64,000 nt of DNA from Anaeramoeba ignava BMAN (taxonomy: Eukaryota > Protista > Anaeramoebae): assembly GCA_028826165.1 (NCBI GenBank), contig JAPDFW010000068.1, positions 186,001 through 250,000 on the forward strand, given 5' to 3'. A program made the translations under genes and the position numbers. The notes under the pieces were generated by a model that saw nothing but the letters and a program-made list of their open reading frames with translations, was not told the DNA's origin and did not search any database. Positions 52,180-64,000 of the stretch are shown piece by piece (within the stretch, counting starts at the first letter, position 1; every line of letters starts with the position of its first letter).

Positions 52180-53962
52180 TTAATTTTGATTATTAAATTT
52201 CTTAATTAATAAATCAATTAAATTTGGATTTGTTTGATTTAATTGAAAATAATCAATTCCAATTTCTAATTCATCAATAATTTCTTGTGTAATTTGAATT
52301 TCATCTTTAATTTGATTTGAATAAATCCAATATTCAAATATTTGAAATGATTTATTACTTAATTCACTATAATCTGTAACTTTATTTGATTTATCTTCAG
52401 TTACAGATAAAAACATTCCTCGATATAATTCACTTCTCATTATTAATATTAATTTGGGAAATTTATATTGTTTTTCTTTTCTTTCAATTATAAAATCTTT
52501 TTCATTTTCATTTTCATTTTCATTTTCATTTTCATTTTCATTTTCATTTAAATAAATTCTTTTCATTGTTTCTTCAATTTTTTCATTTAAATTTATAATT
52601 TCTTTAATTTCTGAATATAATTTTGGATTTATTTTGGAATTGTTTGAATAAATCATTTCAAATATTTGATTTGATTCTTTAATTGATTTTTTTGAAATAA
52701 TTTCTTTAAGTTTTTCAATTTGATTTTGATTTTGATTTTGATTTAATCTATATTTTAATATTAATTTATGAGCTGATATTATTTCTTCATTTTTGGTTTT
52801 AAATGAAATATTGCAAAATTCTTTTCTTCTAAATAGTTTTATCAAATCTTCTTCAAGATTGGAAAAAGGAGAAAGAGAAGGAGAATAATAAAGAAATGAT
52901 CTGAAATCTCCACAATAAATATGATAATTGAAAATATTTTCATTAAATCTTAATTTAGGAAATTCAATTTGAATTGGAATTAGCTGTTCATTTGTATCTC
53001 CAGTTCCTAATTGACCAAAATCATTATTCCCAAATGCAATCAATTTTTGTTTGGATGTTAAAATCAAAGAATGATAATCTCCAACAGAAATCTCAATAAT
53101 ATTATCATCATTTTCAAATAAAGATGATTTGATTTCAGTAAATTCATAAGTTTTTTCTTCATTTTTGACAAGTCCATTTAATTGATAATATCCACATGAA
53201 TAAAGTTTTCTTTTTGGATTTTCATCTTCATCTTCAATCAACATTATTGAATGAAATTCTCCACATTGAATATCAATTATTTTACCTTTTGGAATATTTT
53301 GGATTTTGGTTAATTTTTGGATTTTATCTTTTAATGATTCTCCTAATTCAAGTTTATCCCAAAAATTATATCCGCATCCAAATAATTATTGATTTGAATT
53401 TAAAAGAAAAACATGATGTGAAATAATTCCTGAAAATATTTTAGAAACTTTTTTCATCATTAAAATTGGTTTTTCTTTTTTTTTAAGTGTTTTAGAATCA
53501 AAACAAAGTTGACCATATTCATTTGAACCAATTCCATAAACATTATGATTTGAAGTTAATAAGTAAATTGAACTAAAGCCAGAAACAATATCTTCAATTA
53601 TTCTATCATTTTTATCTTCAATTAATGATGAAATATTGATAAATTCATTTGGATTATTTGGATTAATATCATATCCTTTGGAAAATACATTTCCTTCTAT
53701 TGTTAAAATAGTTTCATTTTGATAACCAACAGTTACTTTTTGAATATTTTCTTCAATTTGGATTTAAATCTTCATTTAAATATTCTATTGCTTTTCCATT
53801 TTTAAAAAGGAAAATTGTTGAAAATCTTCTTGTTGAAATTTGTTTAATTTGTTTTTCATTTTCATTTTCAAATTTAAATTGAATTGGTTTTGTTATTTTA
53901 TTTGGTTCATTTTTGAAAAGTTTTGAATATTGATTTGAACCAAAAAATATAATTTCATTCAT
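52180..53962 (-). pseudogene. RCC1-BTB protein, copy 7, probable pseudogene
   Basis: Multi-base frameshifting deletion near 53760, in-frame nonsense codon GAA>TAA at 53386-53388, and loss of conserved glycines (GQLC, NGLV). Confidence 0.8.
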
Positions 53963-54060
53963 TTTCTTTATTTAATTTTTAATTTTTTAATTTTTTTGAA
54001 AAGAAAAAAATGAAAAAAAAAAAATTGAAAAAAAATTTTTTGAATTGAATTGAATTGCTT

Positions 54061-57000
54061 CTATAATTTTTTGTCTAAAGAAGATAAATCAAGAAAAACT
54101 TTTCTTGCTTGTTTTTTCTTTGATTTTTTTCTTTGATTTTTTTTTGGAACAACTTTCTTCTTCTTTTGTGAAACTTTCTTTTTTTTCTGAGTTATTCTGT
54201 TTTGACGGTTTTGTTTTTTTTTTGTTTTTGATTTCAATTTATTGATTTTTTTATTTCCTTTGATAAATAATTTTTGAGGAATTTCTGTTATTCTTGTTTT
54301 TGGTTTATCATGAAAAATTATTCCCATTTGTTCTTGAAAAAATTCTTCCAAAAGTTTTTTTTTCTTTGAAAAATTTTTAAAATTGCTCATTTTTGAATCT
54401 AAACTTTGAATTTTTTGATAATCTGTTTGGGAAATTTCTTGTAGAATATTAATTGTTGATTGTTTTTGAGAAGAGTAAATTTGAAGAATAAGAGAAAGTA
54501 AATTTTGATAAAGAGATTCATCCAAATTAGAAATTTTCAAAGATTGAATTAGTGATCTTAAAAGAGAATTTGAAATATATTTCCGAACATTATCCGAGAT
54601 CTCTAATCAAAAAAAAACAAAAACAAAATGAAAATGAAAAAATCATGTTTAGGTAAAAAAAATTCAAAATAAAAATTAAAGCATACTTTGCCCAGTTACA
54701 ATTAATGGATAACATAACGGAGTAATTCTTTTGATTATAAAGGGATCTTCAATTTTAAATAGGATTGTAATCGAATTCAATAAGGATTCTGAAAGTTTCT
54801 GAGAAGAAAACACTTTTTTGATATTTTTTTCGGAATTTTTTGCTTTTTTCTTCGTTTTATCTGTTTTTTTCTTTTGCTGAACAAATACTTTTTGGTTTGA
54901 ATCAGGAAAAATCTCCATAAAAGCATTATTATATTGACAAACTAAGTTTTGAATGAGGAGAATATAAGAGTCAGTAAAATCCTTCAAATCTTCCTCAAAT
55001 TTAAACTCTTCGAATTGCTCTCCTGATATTATATTTTGGTTTAAATTGGATAAAGTTTGCCAGCCATTTAAGGTTTTATTGCCAAAAAAATCCAAAATGG
55101 GTGAAAAAATTGGATTGATCAACAAGTCATATTGTGATAATGGACAATTCAAAAGAAAGTTAAGTAGAACTTTTTCTGATAATAAATGCAAAAGACTGTC
55201 TGGCAAATTTTCAGCTGAAGAAAGAACAAAATTTTGGATTAGCAAATCAATTCCAGGAATAGTATAAAACAAGTCGTTATTCTCGCAAAAAATGCCGATG
55301 ATTTGATAGCATAATTTGAGTGTTGAAAACATCCATTTGACAATTCCTGAGATGAGTGTATTCATCAAAATGTTGAGATCCACATTTTCACTCACATTTT
55401 CATTGCGATAAATCAATCCTTTTAATTCTGGATCAATTAGTTCTTCGTGATGTTTGAATGACGAAATGTATTGTGATTGTTCTTGAGTAAATAAATTCCC
55501 GTAAATTTTGGGATCATAAATGGAATGAATGGATTTGATCAACTTTGCGATAATGGGAAGGATGGATTCCGCAATTTTGGTGATTGGTTTCTTTGTGCCA
55601 TAAACATTATTTTCAATTTTAAAAGGACCGAAATCACCTTTTGATTTTTCTTTTGGATTTTTGGGAACTTCACTTGATTTTAGCACTTCATAAAACAATG
55701 TGAGTAAAGAGGTGATTTTTCTTCTGTTATTCGCATAATTAGCCAGTTCTTGAATATTCTTGATGTTATTTAAAGATAATCCTATTATTGAAACAAATTG
55801 TTGTATTTCTTCATCTCCTCCTATAAAATTAAGTTGGGTTAAATCGGAAACATATTGATTTAATATAGTTTCTAATAGCTGTTCTTGCAAATTAAATGTT
55901 TTCGATTCATTTGAAACTGAAACCAAGGATTTAAGAAGATTATTTCTTTCTTCATCTCCAATTTCTTGATTTGAGGTTAAAGTTTGGAAATTTTGTGTTA
56001 AATCAGGAAGAAATTTCTAATCCAAAAAAAAAATATGTATATCAATAAAATTATAAATAAATATTTTTGTTTTTTTTTTCATTTACTAATAAAGCTTTTG
56101 ATTCTCCTTGACATAATCTTAAAATTTCTTCACTTGCTTTGATTCTAATTTTTTGAGTTCCTTCAGTTAATTTAGTTGATTGTTGATCATCTGATTCTGT
56201 TTTGTATGTTATATAAGAAAATAACTGAGAAAAACCAAAACAAATTAATAACAATAAAAGAAATTTTTTTTTTTTTTCCAAATTTTTTTCAATTTACATG
56301 AGATAAAATCTTTTGAATTTCTTCAGTTTTTTCATTTAAAAATAAGCATAAAGATGTAAGAATTGAAAATATTTGAGCAAGAAATTTAGGATCCTTATTT
56401 TCATTTTAAATTTTTAAATTTTTGAATTTTTAAATATTTGAATATTTTTTTGTTTATGATTCTTTTTCAAAGAAAAAAAATTTTTTCAGATACAGTTGTT
56501 TGAAAAGTTAGTAAATAATTAACAGCTTTTTTGACATTTTCTATTGATTGTTGAACCTTATACATTTGACGTTTTTTGTTTGAAATTCTTGATAAAATTG
56601 CTTGAATTCCCAAGGAAAGTGCTTTCATTTGATTATAAGAAACAAAAGAAGAATCCTGAGCACTTCCTTCAAAAGCTTCACCCAAAATATTCAACCATCT
56701 ATTCAAACTAAAAAGAGGGTATTTTTGACCCAAAATTTGAAGTAATTTAACCAATTTTTTCCTGTACATTTTGTAAAACTCAATAAATTCACTTTCAATC
56801 AAAAAATCAATCATAATATATTTATTTGCTGGATTTGTTTCGTTTTCTTCGAAATTAACTTTGACCAATTTTATCAAAGAAAAATCAAAAATATTTGAAA
56901 GTAATTGATTTGTTGATTCTTGATCCAGTAAAGAAGTTTTTCGGAGTATATGAATCCAAAAAGGGAGAACAAAAGATGAAACCATTAAGCTTGAATGATT

Positions 57001-58347
57001 TGAGAATTTGAGCATTAGATCAAGAAATCTGTTAAATTTTTTGAATTAAATTATGAATTTTTGAATTTTGAAATTTTAGTTGAAAATTTTGAAATGTTAA
57101 TACTCAGAAATTGTCTTCTTTTGCTCATCTTTTGGCTTAGAAAATAAAACAGAATTATTTTGAGTAAAAATTGTAAGAAATTGACAGAATTTCTTTTGAA
57201 AAGCATAATCTTGTTCAAGAGAGTTTTCCTCGAGTAAAGAATCTGAAAATCTACAAATTGTCGAAATTAATTGATATAATTGCTCCTTTTTATCTCTTAT
57301 CATGCTAATTTTCTGGGTTTTTGAACCAAATACAATCAAACAATCAATTGCAAACTTGAAAAAAAAAAAGAAGAGAAGAAATCAAACGAATTTGAATTTA
57401 AGATTGAGTATTTGAATTTAAGATTGAATATTTGAATTTAAGATTGAATATTTGAATTTAAGATTGAATATTTGAATTTAAGATTGAATATTTGAAAAAT
57501 GATTTCTTGCTTAAAAAATGGATACCATTCTAAGTTCAGGTTCAGTCAATAGATTGCAAAAGGCTAACAAAAGAGAGTTTCGATAAATTTCGCTTGATGG
57601 AATCCAATCAATCAAGGAAGTAAAAGCCTTCAAAGTTGCAACTAAAATTTTTAAATGGCTCTGATATTCATTTTCCATTTCAATTTTATCTTGTATTTGC
57701 GGTTGATTTTCTTGAGATTGAGCCAAATCTCTAATTTGAGCGAATTTTTGGTAATGCTCCTCCAAAATTTTAACCATGAATTGAATAATTTTAGGGATTT
57801 CTTTTGAAAATGAAATTTTCAAATTTTTCCTTCTATGATCACTTATATCTTTAGCCTCAATATAAATATATAATTCATCAGAAAATGAACGAATAAATAT
57901 CAAACATAATTCTCTTTCTGAAAAGCCTTTATCAGCAAGACTAATAAGCTCCTCCAACAAATTTGGCCATCTTTGAGGCCATTCTCTTTTGACAATTTCA
58001 TTCAGAAGAGAAACAATTTTTTCCTTAATAAAAGTTTTTTCTTGCAAAATATTATTTGGAGTTGAAAATAAATGCAGGATTTTTGACTTCAGATTTTGTT
58101 TCAAATCCACATTAGATTCTTCAACATTTCTCATAATATGTTCGAGATAATGATATCCAAAATATCGAACTGTTGCTGAAAATTCTCCATTTTGCGAAAT
58201 TTCAAATGCTGTTTCTAAATTGTCAATATTGTTTTTAAAATTATCGCAAAAATTTTGTGCAAGTTGTCTTTGTTGAGGATCTGTTTGTGGATTATAAATC
58301 AATTCAATACAATGAATTAATTCTTGAACCTCTTGAGAATAATTCAT
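54061..58347 (-). CDS. XPO5: Exportin-5-like karyopherin; exons 58347-57526, 57354-57104, 57028-56494, 56393-56298, 56224-56087, 56016-54687, 54602-54061
   Basis: IBN_N/Xpo1-like N-terminus (RQLAQNFCDNFK, VRYFGYHYLEH, FIKEKIVSLLNEIVKREWPQRWPNLL) and YAFQKKFCQ. Six in-frame GT-AG introns. Confidence 0.8.
57390..57497. repeat. 20-bp unit (TTGAATTTAAGATTGAATAT) x about 5 in XPO5 intron 1
   Basis: Near-perfect direct tandem repeats without spacers. Confidence 0.9.
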
Positions 58348-58470
58348 TTTTTTTTTCTTTCTTTCTTTCTTTAATTCAGAAAAAATGAAAAAATGAAAAA
58401 ATGAAAAAATGAAAAAAAATTTTTTTTAAATAGTTATTTTTTTATTTGAAAATTAAAATTAAAAGAATAG

Positions 58471-61400
58471 ATGAATAATTTGGATATTTATCAAATTATT
58501 GAAAAGAATCATTTTGATTTATTGAACAAAATTGATTCTTTTTCGGAAAATGTTTTTGAAAAAGATCGAAAACCAATTTTACATTTTGCAATAAAAAAAC
58601 AAATTCCAAAAGAAATTATAAAAGAATTAATAAGAAAGGGAGTCGATCCAAATTTACTTGATAAAAGAGGAAGAAATTCGATACACATTTCAATCAAAAA
58701 TAATTGTGAATTAGAAATTATTGAGTTATTGATAGAAAAAGGAGTTTCAATTCATTTAAAGGATCAAAAAGGAAAATCAATCATTCATTTTGTGATCAAA
58801 TATTTAAAAGGAGAGAATTCAATCAAAATGATTGAATTCTTCATTTCCAAAGGATTTGATATTTATTCACAAACAAAATTCCGTTTTTCACCTTTACACT
58901 ACGCATGCAAATACAACTCACTGGAGGTTATCAAATATTTGCAATACAAGAAAATTGATACTAATTTTGAAGTTATTGGAAACGAGACAATTTTGCATCT
59001 AGCTTGTCAAAATAGAAATGAAGATGCACTTGAAATTGTCAAGTATTTAGTTTCCAAAGGATTTGATGCCAATGCTAAAACAAATTTTGGAATTTCTGTT
59101 TTGCATTCTGCTTGTAAAAAGAGTAATTCAGTTGAAGTGATTAAATATTTGACTGAAAAAGGAGCTTATATTCATGCAAAAACACTCTCATATAAAACAG
59201 TACTGCATCATGCCTGCCAAAATAAAAATGAGCAATCAATCGATATTGTCAAGTATCTAATTTCCAAAGGATTTGATATTAATGCTAAAACTGATACAAA
59301 TGAAACACCATTGCATTATGCTTGTAATAAGAATAATTCAATTCAACTGATCAAGTATTTGATTTCTAAAGGAGCTGATATCAATGCAAAGACACACGAA
59401 CATGAAACAATTTTACATTTTGCTTGCCAGAAAAACTCCATTGAAACTATCAAGTATTTAGTCTCCAAAGGATTTGATCTTCATGACAAAACAACTGAAA
59501 ATTGGACAACCTTACATTATGCTTGTTGCTCAAATACATTTGATGTGATTAAATACTTAGTTAGAAAAGGAGTCCGTGTCAATATTAAAACTAACAATAA
59601 CCAATCCCTTTTGCATTTGGCTTGCCAAAATAGAAAATCTCCTTTCCAGATTGCTAAATATTTAATCGAGGAAGGAGTGGATATTCATGACAAAACAAAT
59701 TTTGATCAAACAATCTTGCATTTGGCCTGCGAAAACCGAAATTCATCACTTGATTTTATTCGATATTTGATCAAAAACAGAGTTGATATTAATGAAGAAA
59801 CAATTTTGGGTGAAAATACCTTGTATACTGCTTGCAAAAATAACCTGTCGTTTGAAATTATTGAATATTTGATTGAAAAAGGAGCAGATATCAATTCAAA
59901 ATCAGTTTATGGTGAAACCTTGCTTCATATTGCTTGCAAATCAAAACAATCATTTCGGGTTATCAAATATCTGGTTGAAAAAGGAGTGAATATGAATGCC
60001 CAAACAATTCGAAAAGAAACCGCTTTGCAATTTGCTTGCCAATACAGCTCTCTTGAAGTTATCAAGTATATGATTGAAAAAGGAGCCGATGGGCAAGTCC
60101 AAAACAAAAGGGGTCAAACAATTTTACATTTTGTTTGTCGGAATGTAAATAACTCAATTGAAATTATGGAATTTTTTATTAAAAAGGGATTTGGTATTAA
60201 CCAAAAAGATATCGATGATCGTTCAATATTGCATTCATCTTGTCTAAATAGAAATTCAATTGAAGTAATCAAATATTTAATTGAAAAAGGAGCAGATATC
60301 AATGCAAAAACACAATTTGATCAAACAGTTTTGCATTTAGCTTGTCAATATCGAAATTCAATTGAAGTAATCAAATATTTAGTTGAAAAAGGAGTAGATA
60401 TCAATGCAAAAACGCAAGTTAATCAAACAGTTTTGCATTTAGCTTGCAAATATAAAAATTCAAGCGAAATACTTCAATATCTCATTTCAAAAGGGGTCGA
60501 TATAAATGCAAAAGATGCATTCGAAAACACACCTCTTTCCATTTTGGTTGAAAAGAAGAACCAGAAAGGAATCATGTTGCTGCTAATGAACGATGCGGAT
60601 ATGTACGATTTAGAAAAGGAAGAAATTACACAAACTTTTTGCGATTTGTTTTTGAAAATTTATTCACTTAATGAAGATGTATATCAACTCTTCACTTCAG
60701 AAGATAATTTTTCAGATTATCAGATTAAATCTAGTGATTATTTCCAATTCAATGTTCATAAATTTTTTTTGTTAACAAGATTTGATAACAATGAAGCATT
60801 GCTCCAAAAATTCATCAGCACATGCCAGGAAAAATCAAAAGAAGATGTCCAACTTGTTTTGAATTTTCTTTATAGTGGATTCCACGATTTTGAACAAATC
60901 AAGCAAGCATTAATCAAACAATCAGAATCAAGTCCACAACCTCCAAGAAGCAAAAAGAGTATTTTTATTCCTCATGCCAAAAATGAAACCAAAAATCCCA
61001 TTTTAAGAGAAAATTTGGCAAATAAAGAAGCAATCGAAGAATTTTTCCAAGGAATGGGTTTTGATTCAAATTGGGTTAAATCCAAGAAAGGAAGAAAAGG
61101 AATTTTGCAAGATTTTCATCAACTATTCCAACAAGAATCAACAAAAGATTTCACAATAATAGTTGAAGAAAAAGAAATTAAAGTTCATAAATTAGTATTG
61201 ATAACAAGAAGCGAATTATTTAAAGGAATGTTTCTTTTAAGTGTTCAAGATTCATCCAATAAAGTTCACGACTATTCAAGAAAATCATTGGAAACAATAA
61301 ATCAATTAATTTATTTTCTTTATCACGATGAGTTTGATAAGGAAATCCATCTCACAAACCAAATCATTGAAGAACTTGAGGATGTCAAAGATTATTATCA

Positions 61401-61479
61401 ATTAAATCAAAATTCAATAATTGATTTAATTTTAGAAGATGAATTTTATATCTTTAATGAAGAAAATAACAAAAATTGA
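58471..61479 (+). CDS. Ankyrin-repeat (about 20 repeats) + tandem BTB-like protein
   Basis: Repeated T.LH.AC....I..IKYL..KG.DINAK units; C-terminal FSDYQI...VHKFFLLTR and KDFTII...VHKLVLITRSELFKGMF. Confidence 0.92.
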   Translation: MNNLDIYQIIEKNHFDLLNKIDSFSENVFEKDRKPILHFAIKKQIPKEIIKELIRKGVDPNLLDKRGRNSIHISIKNNCELEIIELLIEKGVSIHLKDQKGKSIIHFVIKYLKGENSIKMIEFFISKGFDIYSQTKFRFSPLHYACKYNSLEVIKYLQYKKIDTNFEVIGNETILHLACQNRNEDALEIVKYLVSKGFDANAKTNFGISVLHSACKKSNSVEVIKYLTEKGAYIHAKTLSYKTVLHHACQNKNEQSIDIVKYLISKGFDINAKTDTNETPLHYACNKNNSIQLIKYLISKGADINAKTHEHETILHFACQKNSIETIKYLVSKGFDLHDKTTENWTTLHYACCSNTFDVIKYLVRKGVRVNIKTNNNQSLLHLACQNRKSPFQIAKYLIEEGVDIHDKTNFDQTILHLACENRNSSLDFIRYLIKNRVDINEETILGENTLYTACKNNLSFEIIEYLIEKGADINSKSVYGETLLHIACKSKQSFRVIKYLVEKGVNMNAQTIRKETALQFACQYSSLEVIKYMIEKGADGQVQNKRGQTILHFVCRNVNNSIEIMEFFIKKGFGINQKDIDDRSILHSSCLNRNSIEVIKYLIEKGADINAKTQFDQTVLHLACQYRNSIEVIKYLVEKGVDINAKTQVNQTVLHLACKYKNSSEILQYLISKGVDINAKDAFENTPLSILVEKKNQKGIMLLLMNDADMYDLEKEEITQTFCDLFLKIYSLNEDVYQLFTSEDNFSDYQIKSSDYFQFNVHKFFLLTRFDNNEALLQKFISTCQEKSKEDVQLVLNFLYSGFHDFEQIKQALIKQSESSPQPPRSKKSIFIPHAKNETKNPILRENLANKEAIEEFFQGMGFDSNWVKSKKGRKGILQDFHQLFQQESTKDFTIIVEEKEIKVHKLVLITRSELFKGMFLLSVQDSSNKVHDYSRKSLETINQLIYFLYHDEFDKEIHLTNQIIEELEDVKDYYQLNQNSIIDLILEDEFYIFNEENNKN

Positions 61480-62552
61480 TTTCAACATGAATAGAATTGA
61501 TATCATAGATTAATTATTAATGAAAAAATAATTCAATAAAGATTATCAATGAACAAAACATTTCCTCTTTTTTTTTTCATTTCAAGTTTTTTCAAATTTT
61601 TTTTTTTTCAAAAATCAAATTTCATTTTTTTTCTTTTCTTAGAATTTAATTTGATTTGATTTCATTTCAATTCCTTCAACTTTTTCTTTTCGATTAAACG
61701 AAATCCAAAATGTATTCAAATTAAATCACATTAAAAAAAAAACACAAAAAAAAATTTCTATTGAAAAAAATTTTTGATTTTTTTTTTTCAAAAATGAAAA
61801 TAATTGAGAATTAAAATTAATAAAATATTCATTTATAAATTAAATCAAAATAATCAATACAACACACTTTATGATTTAGATTTTATTTTTCTAAATAAAA
61901 AATATAACAAAAAATGAATTAATAATTGTGGGCAAAATGATATTATTAAAATATATTTTTTTTTCAATATGTTTGATTGAGAAGATTATTTGAATCAATA
62001 GCTTAAATAATTTGATGAGTTAATTTTGTTGGGGATTTATTATTGAATTAATATGATTACATAGAAATAAAAATGTGAAATTGATTTGACAATATTTAAT
62101 TTAATTTTAATAATGATATTTTTTTTTTGGAAAATAAATTTACTAATCATTATATTTATAAATTCATTTCAAATAAACTAATGAAAAAAATTTTAATTTA
62201 ATTTAAAAATGTAGGGATAGATAGGAATTGGAAAATAGATCTGAGATTTAATAGGATTTTTTTAATATTAATCCTTTTATAAAAAAAAAAATCAAAATTA
62301 TTCAACTTTTATATTTTATTACTAAACTTTAGAACAAAAAAAAAAAAGAAAAAAAGAAAAAAAAATTAACTTATTTTACAACATTTTTTACTTTATTTTT
62401 TTTACAATTCATTTATAAAATTATCTTTTTTTTTTCCATTCGAAAAAAAAAACAAAAACAAAAACAAAACAATATAAAAAATTCACATCCAAATTTAAAT
62501 TTAAAATTTAAAAACAAATTTCCAAATTAAGTTTTTAAAAATCTTTTATCAA

Positions 62553-63284
62553 ATGTTAAAGTAAGAAAAAAAGAAGAAAAAAAAAAAAAAAAAAAACGAA
62601 TTAAAAAAAAATTTTTTTTATAATTAAAATTAAAAAAAGAAAGAAGAAAATAAACAAAAAAATTAAAATAATTAAAAATTAAAATTAAAAATTAAAATAA
62701 TTTAAAATAGAAAAAAAACAAAACGTATTCCAGAATTTTATTGTGATATTTGTGGTCGAGATATCACAGAATCTGTTCGTATTCGATGTGCTGTTTGCGT
62801 TGATGTTGATCTTTGTGTTGATTGTTTTGCAAAAGGAAAGGAAACAAACACTCATAAAAAAAATCATCCATACTTAGTCATCCATGGACAAAGATTACGA
62901 ATTTTTAGTAATAAATGGGATGTTCTTGAAGAATTACTTTTACTTGATGCTATTAAATTATATGGTCTTGGAAACTGGCTAGATATTGCTTCCCATGTTG
63001 GTACTAAAACTCATAGAGAATGTGAGAAGCATTATACTTCTATTTATTTGGAATCTGATGATTTTCCTTATCCTGATGAAAGTAGCATTCTTGATTCAAA
63101 AGAAAATGAAAAAAATTCAATTAAAAATTCAAATTCAAAATCTTCAAAATCAAATTCAAAATCTTCAAAAGCAAATGGAAATAATTCTAAATCTTTAAGA
63201 AAAAATCAAAATCAAAAACAAAATCAAATTGCTAAAAAGAGAAAAAATCAACCTAATCGTGGAAAAAGAAAAAGTGCTTGGTAA
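62553..63284 (+). CDS. ADA2: Transcriptional adapter ADA2 (ZZ finger + SANT), 5' portion; exons 62553-62560, 62711-about 63281
   Basis: ATG TTA AA|gtaag...tag|A joins to FYCDICGRDITESVRIRCAVCVDVDLCVDCF...HKKNHPY and WDVLEELLLLDAIKLYGLGNWLDIASHVGTKT. The end is ambiguous (TGG TAA stop or TG|GTAATT donor). Confidence 0.85.
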
Positions 63285-63489
63285 TTGTAAATAGCCTTTA
63301 TTTTTTCTTCCAAATTTTTTTGCTTTTTTTCTCTTTTTTTCTTCTTTCTTTTTTTTTTTGCTTTTTTCTTTCTTTTTTTCTTCTTTTTTCTTTTGTTCTG
63401 TTTTGTAGATTCCTCTTTTCCTTCTTTCTTTTTTCTCTTTTTAAAAGAAAAAAATATCAATAAAAATAAATTTTCAAATAACTTTTCTT

Positions 63490-64000
63490 AATCAATTTTA
63501 GATTAATTTTATTAATAAATTTTATAAATAAATTTAATAAATAAATTTAGATTAAAATTAATAAATAAATTTTGATTAAATTTAATAAATAATTTTAGAT
63601 TAAATTTAATAAATAAATTTTGATTAAATTTAATAAATAAATTTAGATTAAAATTAATAAATCAATTTAGATTAAAATTAATAAATAAATTTAGATTAAA
63701 ATTAATAAATAAATTTAGATTAAATTTAATAAATAAATTTAGATTAAATTTAATAAATAAATTTAGATTAAATTTAATAAATAAATTTAGATTAAATTTA
63801 ATCAATAAATTTAGATTAAAATTAATAAATAAATTTAGATTAAATTTAATAAATAAATTTAGATTAAAATTAATAAATAAATTTAGATTAAAATTAATAA
63901 ATAAATTTAATAAATAAATTTAGATTAAATTTAATAAATAAATTTTGATTAAATTTAATAAATAAATTTAGATTAAAATTAATAAATAAATTTAGATTAA
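63490..64000. repeat. About 24-mer minisatellite (AATAAATAAATTTAGATTAAATTT)n running off the window end
   Basis: Directly visible. Confidence 0.92.

Noticed and set aside
57390-57497. CRISPR-like direct repeats
   Set aside because: Contiguous 20-bp tandem units without unique spacers, inside a eukaryotic intron; no cas genes.
63490-64000. Telomeric repeat at window end
   Set aside because: The unit is a degenerate AT-rich 24-mer lacking G-rich telomere character, and is similar in kind to other local minisatellites.

Overview
Very AT-rich, gene-dense eukaryotic nuclear DNA with spliceosomal introns, the standard genetic code and abundant micro/minisatellites. The gene content and style (expanded RCC1-BTB, BTB-TLDc and ankyrin-BTB families, an NFU protein with an organelle-targeting leader, Inr-like TCA-T-rich promoters) suggest an anaerobic metamonad such as Anaeramoeba. 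That assignment is inference, not proven. Housekeeping genes: eIF6, NAA35/MAK10, a bacterial-like M2/M3 peptidase, NAPRT, an LRR-PP2C phosphatase, NFU, HPS1, RNase H1, SMU1, two actins, UBC12, exportin-5 and a partial ADA2. The main hidden feature is a dihydropyrimidinase gene (24958-28440, minus strand) that the ORF track almost completely misses. It splices by hand into 23 exons and 22 GT-AG introns (495 aa, about 15 introns per kb of CDS, micro-exons of 11-23 nt), whereas neighbouring genes have 0-6 introns. The second theme is seven RCC1-propeller/tandem-BTB paralogs with a near-constant scaffold and aromatic-rich hypervariable loops, mosaic between copies. They share their BTB cassette with an ankyrin protein, which suggests a diversifying Cullin-3 adaptor repertoire. 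Many single-base frameshifts sit in homopolymers and may be assembly errors.
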